Origin: Octopus sinensis
Lineage: Eukaryota
DNA: 64,000 nucleotides
Direction: 5' to 3'
NCBI RefSeq assembly: GCF_006345805.1
Contig: NC_042998.1
Coordinates: 160,146,001-160,210,000, forward strand
Positions 51,834 to 62,859 of this stretch are shown here, in pieces; positions within the stretch are counted from its first letter, which is position 1, and every line of letters begins with the position of its first letter. Made by a program: the position numbers and the translations under genes. The notes beneath the pieces were generated by a model. That model was given only the letters and a program-made list of their open reading frames with translations. It had not been told where the DNA came from and did not search any database.

Positions 51834-52054
51834 CCCATTTGTTACCATATTTCTGTTCAAATGCATTGCCTTTGATGCTACTAATTTTGAAAATAATGAA
51901 CAATATTGTAAAATAACTTGACACTACCGAGCTAGTTTTGGAAAATAAATTCATATGAAATGTTGATGGAAGGTTTTAATTCAAACCACTTCAAAACAAA
52001 AAGTTTGTATCAGATAACTAAGGGATGGTCTCAGACAGGTTGATCTTGAAAGGT
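51834..52054. mobile_element. MITE family B
   Basis: TTAA-CCCATTTGTTACC...TTGAAAGGT-TTAA. Confidence 0.8.
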
Positions 52055-52084
52055 TTAAAATAGAATATATTGAGTCTTTGAGAA

Positions 52085-52445
52085 CAATTATGCTTTTTTT
52101 TTATCATTTACTTGTTTCAGCCTGGGGTACTATCTTGAAGAAATTTTTAGACAAATGAATCTATTGGTCTCTTTTGCAAAACTGCTAAGTTAGGGGGATG
52201 TGAACATGCCAACACTGGTTATAAATTGTGGTGGGAGACACACAGACACAAAGAGAAAGAAGACACACACACACACTCTCTCTCTCTCTCTTTCAGTTTC
52301 TGTCTAGCAAATCCACTCACAAGGCTTTGGTTGGCCTAAGGCTACTGTTGAAGGTACTTGCCCAAGGTGTCATGCATTGGGACTGAACCTGGAAGCATGT
52401 GGTTGGGAAGCAAACTTCTTATCATACAGCCCCACATGTGTGCCT
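52085..52445 (-). mobile_element. Decayed SINE family A
   Basis: cttgcccaagg, gggactgaacc and family A tail remnants. Confidence 0.8.
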
Positions 52446-52463
52446 ATTATAGGCATATTTACC

Positions 52464-52513
<50 letters not shown>

Positions 52514-52739
52514 TTCACATACATTTTAGCACACACACACACACACATATATATATATTTATATACATATGCATGTGTGTATGTATGTGTGTATATATAT
52601 ATATATAAACCACACAACTGTTCCAATGCCTATATTAGTGATGTGGGCCAGGTGTATATCTATTTCTAATTTTATGCAAAGTGTGTATGAAATATGTAGC
52701 TATATTTTATTGTATAGAGTATGCAAAATACAGACTTAT

Positions 52740-53130
52740 CATCATCATCATCATCATTTAACATTCGTTGTCCATGCTGGCATCGGTTGGATGGTTTGAC
52801 TGGGCTGGCACGTTAGAAGGCTGCACCTAACTCTGGTCTGATTTGGCATGGTTTTCTACAGCTGGATGCCCTTCCTACACTCAGAGAGTGTAATGGGTGC
52901 TTTTATGTGCCACCAGCACTGGTGCCATTTCCATGACACTGGGGTGCGTTTACATGCCATAGGCATGAGTGCCAGTTTGTGTGACACTAGTATCTGCCAC
53001 AACTGTGATTTTGCTTGGCTTGATGTATCTTCTTCCCAAGCATGACATAATGCCAATGGTCTTGGTCATTGCGTCCCTGAAGCCCAGCACTCGAAAGGAA
53101 CTCATCTACTTTGCTTCTGTGAGGCCATAT
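52740..53130 (-). mobile_element. RTE 3' end fragment
   Basis: (CAT)n tail and 3' UTR. Confidence 0.82.
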
Positions 53131-53244
53131 ATACATATATATATAAAATGTATGTATATTCTTTTACTTGTTTCAGTCATTTGACCATGGTCTTGCTGGA
53201 CCACTGCCTTGAAGGGTTGTAGTGAAGCAAATTGACCCCAGGAC

Positions 53245-53525
53245 TTAGTCTGGGCAAGTCCAAGCAAGGTTGTTTATGGAAGACCAGTAGTTGCTGATGC
53301 ATACCAGCCTCCTCTCTGCATGCCATCGGTGTTATCCAAGAGAAAGACAAAGGCCAATACAGCTTGGCACCAGTGATGTTGCAACTCATTTTTACAGTTG
53401 AGTGAACTAGAGCAATGTGAAATAAAGTGTCATGCTCAAGAACACAACTCACAACCCAGTCTGGAGGTCGAACTCACTACCTCATGATTGTGAGCCTGAT
53501 GCTCTAACCAGTGAGCCATGCACCT
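53245..53525 (-). mobile_element. SINE third family
   Basis: Homologous to 47762-48015, with tRNA-like head ggtcgaac..ctctaacc. Confidence 0.7.
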
Positions 53526-53569
53526 TCACTGAAGATTATCTGTACAAATATTATAATCACTATGTATTA

Positions 53570-53735
53570 TGTTTTATGTTCAAACCAGCCAGATTTGGCC
53601 TCTTACACCCACCTTACAACGTCATTCTAAAAATAAGCCATCACATCGTTGAAATCTCAAATGCATGAGTAATTCAAAAGTATGTGAATAAATAAGTAGT
53701 ATATTTGACAGAATAATAACCTGAATGCCAAATGG
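53570..53735. mobile_element. Partial MITE family A
   Basis: Body matches 49726; ends GAATGCCAAATGG-TTAA. Confidence 0.7.
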
Positions 53736-53984
53736 TTAAATAAAGTTCTGTCAAAGTTGTTATACTGTCCAGATTTCTGATACCTGTTGTATATTGTAAG
53801 GTTCTTAGAATGAAATCCTCTGAAGAGGAAGGTTGATAGATTGTTCTCTGCCAGAGGGATATTCTGCCTGCTGTTCTACTTGTGATGCCATTTGCTTGAT
53901 GCCCTTGATCTAGAAAAGTAGTTCTCATCCAGGGGTCTATATGACTCCTGGGGATCCATGTAAAATTTTATTTTTAAAATTAAT

Positions 53985-55030
53985 GTGGCTGTTGTGTAAA
54001 GAGCTTGCTTCCCAAACACATGGTTCTGGGTTCAGTCCCACTATGGACACCTTGGGGCAAGTGTCTTCTACTATAGCCTCGGGCCAACCAAAGCCTTTGC
54101 ATAGATTGGTAGATGGAAACTGAAGAAGCCGGTCGTATATCATCATCATCATCATCATATTAACGTCCGTTTCCGCGCTAGCACGGGTTGGACGGTCGAC
54201 CGGGTCTGGGGAGCTCGGGACTGCCCCAGGCTCCAGTCTAGTCTGGCAGTGTTTCTACAGCTGGATGCCCTTCCTAACGCCAACCACTCCGCGAGTGTAG
54301 TGGGTGTTTTTTACGAGCCACCTGCACAGGTGCCAGAGGGGTCTGGCATCGGCCACGTTCGGATGGTGCTTTTTATGGGGGGGGGTGCAGAAATATAGGG
54401 GTAGCACCAGTGGGAGGATGGTTCAGAGGACAAGTACTAGGCAAGTAGAACGTAGGATATCGAGAGAGGGGGAATGCATGGTGAAATAGCGTATGAAGAG
54501 GGGGCTTCAAAGAGTAGACACCTATAATGGTGGTGGGGGGGTGCAGAAATATAGGGGAGCACCAGTGGGAGGGGTGGTTCAGAGGACAGGTTCTAGGCAA
54601 GTAGAACGTAGGATATCGAGAGAGGGGTAATGCATGGTGAAATAGCGTATTGAAGAGGGGGGTTCAAAGAGTAGACACCTATAATGGTGGTGGAGGGGTG
54701 CAGAAATATAGGGGAGCACCAGTGGGAGGGGTGGTTCAGAGGACAGGTTCTAGGCAAGTAGAACGTAGGATATCGAGAGAGGGGTAATGCATGGTGAAAT
54801 GTATATATATATATATATATATGTTGTGTGTGCTGTGTTTGTCTCCCCATAACTGCTTGACAACTGGCGTTGGTGTGTTTACATCCCCATAACTTTGTGG
54901 TTCAGCAAAAGAATAAGTACATGGCTTAAAAAATAAGTCCTGGGGGGGTGATTTGTTTGACTAAAACCCTTCAAGGTGGTACTTCGGCATGGCCGCAGTC
55001 AAATGACTGAAACAAGTAAAAGAATAAAAA
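53985..55030 (+). mobile_element. SINE family A split by an RTE tail (54140-54375, minus) and a tandem array
   Basis: Head at 53985-54138, tail at 54820-55030. Confidence 0.8.
54377..54800. repeat. G-rich tandem array, ~157-bp unit x2.7
   Basis: tgcagaaatatagggg recurs at 54386, 54542 and 54699. Confidence 0.95.
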
Positions 55031-55321
55031 TATATACTTCAACTGTACAGGTATTTTACCAATCGTTTCTATATGATTCATTATATTTTGTTATAAAAAT
55101 ATAATAGGATTTTTAAAACATCAAATGGAGTATGAGGGTCCACCTGAGTAAAATAGGAAACAAAGAGGTCTGCAGACAAAAAATGGTTGAGAATCACTAA
55201 TCTAGATTATATGTTGGGCTTTCAGATGAATTTGTTCATTTCTTTTGAGTATTATTTGAATTAACAACACAAAAAATATTTTTATCATAATGCTTTATAG
55301 GGTTTTTGTATCTCTATTCCT

Positions 55322-55532
55322 CCTCTCTTTACTCTTTTACTTGTTTCAGTCATTTGACTGTGGCCATGCTGGAGCACCACCTTTAGTCGAGCAAATCGAC
55401 CCCGGGGCTTATTCTTTGTAAGCCCAGTACTTATTCTATCGGTCTCTTTTGCTGAACCGCTAAGTGACGGAGACGTAAACACACCAGCATCGGTTGTCAA
55501 GCAATGCTAGGAGGACAAACACAGACACACAA

Positions 55533-55607
<75 letters not shown>

Positions 55608-55748
55608 TACGACAGGCTTCTTTCAGTTTCCGTCTAACTAAATCCACTCACAAGGCATTGGTCGGACCGTGGCTATAGCAGAAGACACTTACCCAAGATG
55701 CCATGCAGTGGGACTGAACATGGAACCATGTGGTTGGTTAGCAAGCTA
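55322..55748 (-). mobile_element. Young SINE family A
   Basis: Near-consensus body with a long central (TA)n. Confidence 0.9.
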
Positions 55749-57039
55749 ACTTTTGTTTATCGTTTTTGAAGTTTGAATAAATTTCTACCCCCTTTCCAGA
55801 TATAGATGGAAAATAAGGTCTAAATAAATGAAAAAAGGAAAAGAAATTAGCAAATTCCTCTGACAACCCCATCTGTTGTTTGACTGACAGATTGAACTCA
55901 GCACTCACAGCCAAACTGCTACACTTAACACTTAATGAACACTTATTTTTACTGTTCTATTGCCCAACAGGATAATTAGGTAAGGAAAATTAGGAGCTTT
56001 GACTGTTTTTTTTTAATGGTTATAGATTTAATATTCTGTTTTTCTTAACTAACAGCCCCAGTATTGGATTCTTTGTGCTCGGTCCATGACAATGAAAGTT
56101 CTCTGTATTAATTTTCAGTGAAGTGTATAGAATCTGATGTATGTGTATGTAGTAACTATGATTTATAAACCATACATATGTACTCATATGAACACAAACA
56201 CACATGTTTAATTATAATGCCTGATTGAACTTAAAAATGACAAAATTGTCATCCATGACTGTCACTTTGTTAGTCACTGGAGCTGGTATTTACACTTTTT
56301 TAGTTCATAACTAGACAGATTTTTTCTCTTTTTTGTAAGAAAAAACTTTATTTTGAGAAACAGATCTACCTTTAACAAATATCTGAAACCGGACCAAATT
56401 ATACACTCTTCCATTGTATATATATAGATTACATAGATTTTCATCTTCTGAATGGAAACACTGATGGCATTAAAATAGCAATAACAACAACAACAATAAT
56501 AACCACAACCACAACAAAAACAACAACAACTTATATTCAAGTTATGTCATTTATCTTCTGCTTGATTTATTGTTGTGTGAAATGTTCATCAAACATTTTT
56601 ACTTGGTTGCCATAAAGCAGAGCTGCTAGTGGATACAGTTCCTTATCATAAAGCAATATTACTAGTAGGTATATTGAAAATAAAAACGCTATTGCTCTTT
56701 TCTGTATATATTATATAATGATGTAACATGGAATCTTTTATTTATTTGATATGTATCCATATATTTATATAAAGAATGAGCTTTCTTTTATGGCTTTGCA
56801 AGATAAATCAGTTTTCTTTGTGTCGATAAACACATCAAAGGAATTGTATGCATGGTCATGTAGTTATCTTTACAGTTTGTAACTTTTCATACACTGCCTT
56901 TATGCGATATCTCCTGCTGATATCAACTGTAATTTGTATTGTCAGTTTTAGGGATTCACCATAAGCAACACTGTTAAGAAATAAGGTTGATTGCCTTTAG
57001 CTTGCTGCTGAATATTCATTGATCCTGTCTGATTTTCAC

Positions 57040-57185
57040 CCTTGTGGGGCCAGTTGGTTTTGCACATCCTCTTCTGGGACTTTCAATATTCAGTTGTAAA
57101 TCTGATAGAGTGTAGATTATCAGGTCTCGCAGGTCAGCACTGCATGAAAGCAGCTTCTTGTATGCTTCAGTAAAGTTTATGTTCT
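57040..57185 (-). CDS. Possible 146-nt internal exon of an unidentified host gene
   Basis: Acceptor tgttctatgtatttAG, donor AGG|GTGAAA, one open frame (E)NINFTEAYKKLLSCSADLRDLIIYTLSDLQLNIESPRRGCAKPTGPTR; no recognised homology. Confidence 0.2.
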
Positions 57186-58686
57186 CTAAATACATAGAAC
57201 ACATCTGCACGTGTTTGTGTGTATGTGTGTGTTTGTGTACGTGCGTGTGCATTTCGCTATCTATTATTACACACATGTATAACTTAGGTGTATTATATTG
57301 CTATCTACTCATTTATTCTTCTGTGCATACACATGCACACACAATATACAACACACACTTGTAATATATATTTATGCTATCTAGCTATCTATCTGTGTAT
57401 GTGTGTGTGTGCATGTATGTGTATGCATGTAATACATGAAAGTATACATATGTATTTCTTCTTTCTTGTATGTGTGTGCATGCGTGGGAGAGAAAAAGAG
57501 AGATACTAAGAGATTACATAAATACACATACTTTATATATGATACATAAATATTTATATATAAGTATTGTATCAAGATTGAGAGCCTCTGTATTTACATG
57601 TGTGTGTGTGTGTGGGGTGTGTGTACGTGTGTTTTTGTATGCTTGAATGCATGTATATATATATATATCTGTGTTTGTATATGTGTGTGTGAGTGTGAAA
57701 AGAAAACGTATATTTGTGAATGTGTGTGTGTGTGTGTGCGTTTGTATATATATATATAAAACCTGTACATAATTTAGTATATTGGTTAGCATTCGTTTTG
57801 ATCAAGTACTTATGGTGTGAGTGAGATGGGGAGTAGGGGTACATAACTGTGTGGAAGACTGACAATAGTAGTTTAGCTTTGTGAAAGAATCTCATCAGAG
57901 TGCTACTAGTTATGGGATGGGAGTCGAAAAATGAGATTTATGCCAATTTGTATGAAGTTTTTATTTTGTATTTGTATTATTATTTTTTTTATATTATTTA
58001 AAGCAACACTTGAATGTATTTCTTTGACAAAAACAGTATTAGGATTTATATTGTCTATCTTTATTTGCTCAATATCAGTGTCTTATTAAAGAAAAAAAAA
58101 AACCCCAAAAAACAAGAAATATATGTAGAGAAAAGAATGGTAAATATTTGTTTGTCTCTCTAACCAGCAGCCCAGACTGACAACACATACACAATGAATA
58201 AAGAAAATTGGTTGAAGTTATGTGATCAGAGGGTATCCTGTGGCTGATCATAATAGTTGTTCGGGCTCCTGGTCAACCTTAATCAAACTGACCTATGATC
58301 AGAGGCATTCCAACCGTGACAATCCTGCTGTTTCTTCATTTTTATTTTTTTTATTTCAAACATTTTCTCTGATATTACTGTGTGGTTGAGAATCTTTATT
58401 CTCAATCACATTGTTCTGAGTTCGATCCATGATATTGCATCAGAAAAATATCATTTATCATAGACATAGGTTACTCACAGCTTGTTGAATGAAAGAATTG
58501 TTTGATAGAAACTAGGTGGAGGGTTGGATGTGTGTGGGTGTGCATGAATATAGATATATAATATATATATGTGTACATGTGTGTATGTATGTATGTGTGT
58601 GTATTTATATATTTATGCGTATATGTGTGTATGTATATGTAATATATATATATATATGTATGCATTTATGTGTGTGTGTATATGCA

Positions 58687-58720
<34 letters not shown>

Positions 58721-58947
58721 GGTACAGACGTGGATGTGTGGTAAGAAGCTTGTTTCCCACCCAACCACGTTTCTGGGTTCAGTCTCACTCCATGGCACCT
58801 TAGTGTCTTCTACTATAGCCTCGAGCAGACCAAAGCCTTGGGAGTGGATTTGGTTGACAGACACTGAAAGAAGCCTGTCATGTGTCTGTGTGTGTATGTA
58901 TATATATAATATATATATATATTATATATATATATAGATATATGTAT

Positions 58948-59047
58948 NNNNNNNNNNNNNNNNNNNNNNNNNNNNNNNNNNNNNNNNNNNNNNNNNNNNN
59001 NNNNNNNNNNNNNNNNNNNNNNNNNNNNNNNNNNNNNNNNNNNNNNN
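58948..59047. other. Assembly gap (100 N)
   Basis: Directly visible. Confidence 1.
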
Positions 59048-59225
59048 CAATCCCTCCAGGTCCAGTGTATTTAATTAGTATTACATTTAGTTTTGCATGC
59101 TGATAGTGCAAGGCTTGAAACTGTGTGCTATTCTTTTCAGCCCACTTGTATATTTCATTCAGCTCACATTGCAGGTACATAGTGTCTTCATAGTGTCTTC
59201 AGACTTTTGTATCATCTGCATAACT
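59048..59225 (-). mobile_element. CR1 fragment of the 29-kb family including the YADD motif
   Basis: Minus translation YADDTKV..ELNEIYKWAEKN; 59048-59105 is homologous to 29521-29578. Confidence 0.82.
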
Positions 59226-59548
59226 TATATATATAATATATACTATATATAAAATATATATATATATGATATCATCATCATCATTTAACGTCCGTTCTCC
59301 ATGCTAGCATGGGTTGGACGGTTCAACCGGGGTTCTGGGAAGCCAGAAGGCTGCACCAGGCTCCAGTCTAATCTGGCAATGTTTCTACAGCTGGATGCCC
59401 TTCCTAACGCCAACCACTCCGTGAGTGTAGTGGGTGCTTTTTACGTGCCACCTGCACAGGTGCCAGGCGGGGCTGGCAACGGCCACGGTCAGATTGGTGT
59501 ATTTTATGTGCCACCGGCACGGAAGCCAGTCGAGGCGGTGCTGGCATC

Positions 59549-59999
59549 GGCCACGAGTCGGATAGTGCTTTTTAACGTACCACCAGACCAGGGATCCTGG
59601 CTGGTTCAATTCGATTCGATTTCGCTTGCCCCAACATGTCTTCACAAGCAAAGGGGGTTGGCATGGGTGCCTGTCGTACGGTCGCATTGGAGTATTTTAC
59701 GTGCCACGGCCACGAGTCGGATAGTGCTTTTTACGTACTACCAGACCAGGGATCCTGGCTGGTTCAATTCGATTTCGATTTCGCTTGCCCCAACATGTCT
59801 TCACAAGCAAAGGGTGTTGGCATGGGTGCCTGTCGTACGGTCGCATTGGAGTATTTTACGTGCCACGGCCACGAGTCGGATAGTGCTTTTTATGTACCAC
59901 CAGGCCAGGGATCCTGGCTGGTTCAATTCGGTTTCGATTTCGATTTCGCTTGCCCCAACATGTCTTCGCAAGCATGGGGGGTTGGCATGGGTGTCTGTC
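59549..59999. repeat. 159-bp tandem triplication within the RTE 3' UTR
   Basis: ggccacgagtcgg at 59549, 59708 and 59867. Confidence 0.95.
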
Positions 60000-60841
60000 G
60001 TCGGATGAGGTTCTATATCGACTTCGCTTGCCTCAACAGGTCTTTGTGTCCAAGGGAGGAAAGGCATTCATAAGTGGGCTGGGCTCACTTGTCCTGCCTG
60101 GTCTTCTCACGTACAGAATATTTCCAAAGGTCTCGGTCGCTGGTCATTTCCTCAGTGAGGCCTAAAGTTCGAAGGTCGTGCTTCACCACCTCGTCCAGGT
60201 TTTCCTGGGTCTACCTCTTCCACGGGTTCCCTCAACTGCTAGGGATTGGCACTTTCTCACACACCTATCTTCATCCATTCGCGCACATGACCATACCAGC
60301 GCAATCGTCTCTCTTGCACACCACAACTGATGCTTCTTAGGTACAACATTTCTCTCAAGGTGCTAACGCTCTGTCGAGTATGTACACTGACATTACACAT
60401 CCATTGGAGCATACTGGCTTCATTCCTCACGAGCTTACGCATGTCCTCAGCAGTCACGGCCCATGTTTCGCTGCCATGTAGCATGGCTGTTCGTACACAC
60501 GCATCATACAGTCTGCCTTTTACTCTGAGCGAGAGGCCTTTAGTCACCAGCAGAGGTAAGAGCTCCCTAAACTTTGCCCAGGCTATTCTTATTCTAGCAG
60601 TTACACTTTCAGCGCACCCACCCCCACTACTGACTTGGTCACCTAGATAACGGAAGCTATCAACTACTTCTAGTTTTTCCCCCTGGAAAGTGACGGAAGT
60701 TGTTTTCTGCAGATTTTCGGAGGTTAATGCTCCGAGCATCTGCCACATACAAAAACTATCTTCCCAGTTAGCCTACCTTTGACATTGCTGCACCTCTTAT
60801 GTGTCCATAGCTTACACGGGTACATCTTATAGAGTTTCTAC

Positions 60842-61495
60842 CTACACCTTTTCTACAGATCGAGCAGGCCATCTTCCTGAAGATATTTGTGGATTGTCTA
60901 CCTTTCTACTTATTAGTACTTTGGTTTTAGCTAGGTTGACTCTAAGGCCCCTTGATTCTAAACCCTCCTTCCACACCTGGAACTTCTCCTCCAGTTCTGA
61001 TAGTGACTCAGCAATAAGAGCAAGGTCGTCAGCGTAGAGGAGCTCCCAGGGACAGCCTGTCTTGAATTCCTCCGTAATTGCCTGGAGTACTATGATAAAT
61101 AGGAGGGGGCTGAGTACTGAACCCTGGTGGACCCCAACCTCTACTTTGAATTCTTCTGTGTACATGTTGCCAACCCTAACCTTACTTACGGCATCTCTGT
61201 ACATGGCTTGCACAGTCCTCACCAGCCATTCATCTATCCCTAGTTTCCCTAGTTTCCTCATTGACCACCAGATAAGGGATCGGGGGACCCTATCAAAAGC
61301 TTTCTCCATGTCAACGAAAGCCAGGTACAGGGGCTTATCTTTGGCTAGGTATTTCTCCTGCAGCTGCCTTACCAGGAAAATAGCATCAGTGGTACTTTTC
61401 CCTGGCACGAACCCAAACTGCATCTCATCTAAACTAACTCTCTCTCTAATTAGTTGGGCTATGACCCTCTCCGTAACCTTCATTACTTGATCCAA
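60842..61495 (-). CDS. RTE reverse transcriptase domain (partial ORF)
   Basis: QFGFVPGKSTTDAIF, FVDMEKAFDRVP, GVHQGSVLSPLLF, LLYADDLAL. Confidence 0.93.
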   Translation of the reverse strand: MDQVMKVTERVIAQLIRERVSLDEMQFGFVPGKSTTDAIFLVRQLQEKYLAKDKPLYLAFVDMEKAFDRVPRSLIWWSMRKLGKLGIDEWLVRTVQAMYRDAVSKVRVGNMYTEEFKVEVGVHQGSVLSPLLFIIVLQAITEEFKTGCPWELLYADDLALIAESLSELEEKFQVWKEGLESRGLRVNLAKTKVLISRKVDNPQISSGRWPARSVEKV

Positions 61496-61661
61496 CAGCT
61501 TGATACCTCTGTAATTATTTGTATCTAGGGCATCACCTTTACCTTTATATATATATAAATTAACAATTGAGGATAAAATCTTTAAAAGAAATTATCAGTA
61601 GTCAGCGTGAAAAACCTCGTAAGAGAAAAAATCCGTAAATTCTTCCTATTTGAAAATATTC

Positions 61662-61820
61662 ATTTATATTATATTGAGGGTACTACTATTCATAGATACC
61701 AACATGATGTGTTTTGAAGTTTTGCATTCGGTAAAATTTTGTTTATTTTTAGTAGTTTTGACCGCATTGGTCCCTCTTAGCGTGATCTATGAATAGTAGT
61801 ACCCTCAATATAATATAAAT
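61662..61820. repeat. Small element with perfect 36-bp terminal inverted repeats
   Basis: 61662-61697 is the exact reverse complement of 61785-61820. Confidence 0.9.
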
Positions 61821-61852
61821 ATATATATATATATATACATAAAATATATACA

Positions 61853-62300
61853 TGATATCATCATCATCATCGTTTAACATCCTTTCTCCATGCTAGCATG
61901 GGTTGGACGGTTCGACCGGGGATCTGGGAAGCCAGAAGGCTGCACCAGGCTCCAGTCTTATCTGGCAATGTTTCTACAGCTGGATGCCCTTCCTAACGCC
62001 AACCACTCCGTGAGTGTAGTGGGTGCTTTTTACGTGCCACCTGCACAGGTGCCAGGCGAGGCTGGCAACGGCCACGGTCGGATTGGTGTACTTTATGTGC
62101 CACCGGCACGGAAGCCAGTCGAGGCGGCGCTGGCATCGGCCACGAGTCGGATAGTGCTTTTTATGTATCACCAGACCAGGGATCCTGGCTGGTTCAATTC
62201 GATTTCGATTTCGCTTTCGCTTGCCCCAACATGTCTTCACAAGCAAAGGGGGTTGGCATGGGTGCCTGTCGTCGGATGAGGTTCTATATCGACTTCGCTT
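61853..62300 (-). mobile_element. Second young RTE 3' end
   Basis: Near-identical to 59266-60030 but with one 3' UTR unit instead of three. Confidence 0.93.
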
Positions 62301-62304
62301 GAAA

Positions 62305-62438
62305 TATAATATATATATGATATATAATATATACATGATATATATAATATATACATGATATATATATATACATGATATATATAATATATACATGATATAT
62401 ATAATATATACTATATATATAATATATATATGATATAT

Positions 62439-62490
<52 letters not shown>

Positions 62491-62605
62491 TATATATATA
62501 TATGATATATATAATATATAATATATACTATATATATATACTATATATATATAATATATATATATATATATACATGATATATAATATATACTATATATAT
62601 ATATA
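62305..62605. repeat. Compound TA microsatellite with ATATACATGAT and ATAATATATACT units
   Basis: Directly visible. Confidence 0.97.
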
Positions 62606-62850
62606 TTATGCATCGATAAATGAGATAATGTTGAATAAGGCCTTGATGTATGCCAAAAATAAAGTAGGAATGACGATGGAGGAAATTAAGGTAGTCCAAA
62701 TGGTAAGGAAATCACTTATAAAATACAATAATAAATTATGGGCTAGAAAGGACACAAGGGAGTACTTTGATGTACCTATGGGAGTACCGGACTCAGCACA
62801 GGTAACCGACCTGGCTGGGATCTACTTACTTTCCGAATTAAAATTAGAAA
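62605..62850 (+). pseudogene. Penelope-like element reverse transcriptase fragment
   Basis: YASINE..LNKAL.YAK..RKSL..W..K..FDVPMGVPDSAQVTDLAGIYLL resembles the PLE motif YPSI..FDVTMGSxDGAEVCELVGLYLL. Confidence 0.75.
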
Positions 62851-62859
62851 ATTGTCTGT

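Larger units (their letters stand above)
53916..55199. mobile_element. hAT (Charlie/Buster-type) MITE expanded by nested insertions
   Basis: Ends AAGTAGTTCTCATCC and GGTTGAGAATCACTA resemble CAGTGGTTCTCAACC; 8-bp TSD ATCTAGAA/ATCTAGAT with central TA. Confidence 0.78.
59266..61547 (-). mobile_element. Young 5'-truncated RTE-clade LINE
   Basis: (CAT)n tail, CpG-rich 3' UTR, long ORF pieces 60842-61495 and 60257-60748. Confidence 0.96.

Noticed and set aside
53780-53910. 126-nt phase-1 exon candidate using the hAT end as acceptor
   Set aside because: The acceptor derives from the MITE terminus and the peptide is unrecognised; needs RNA evidence.
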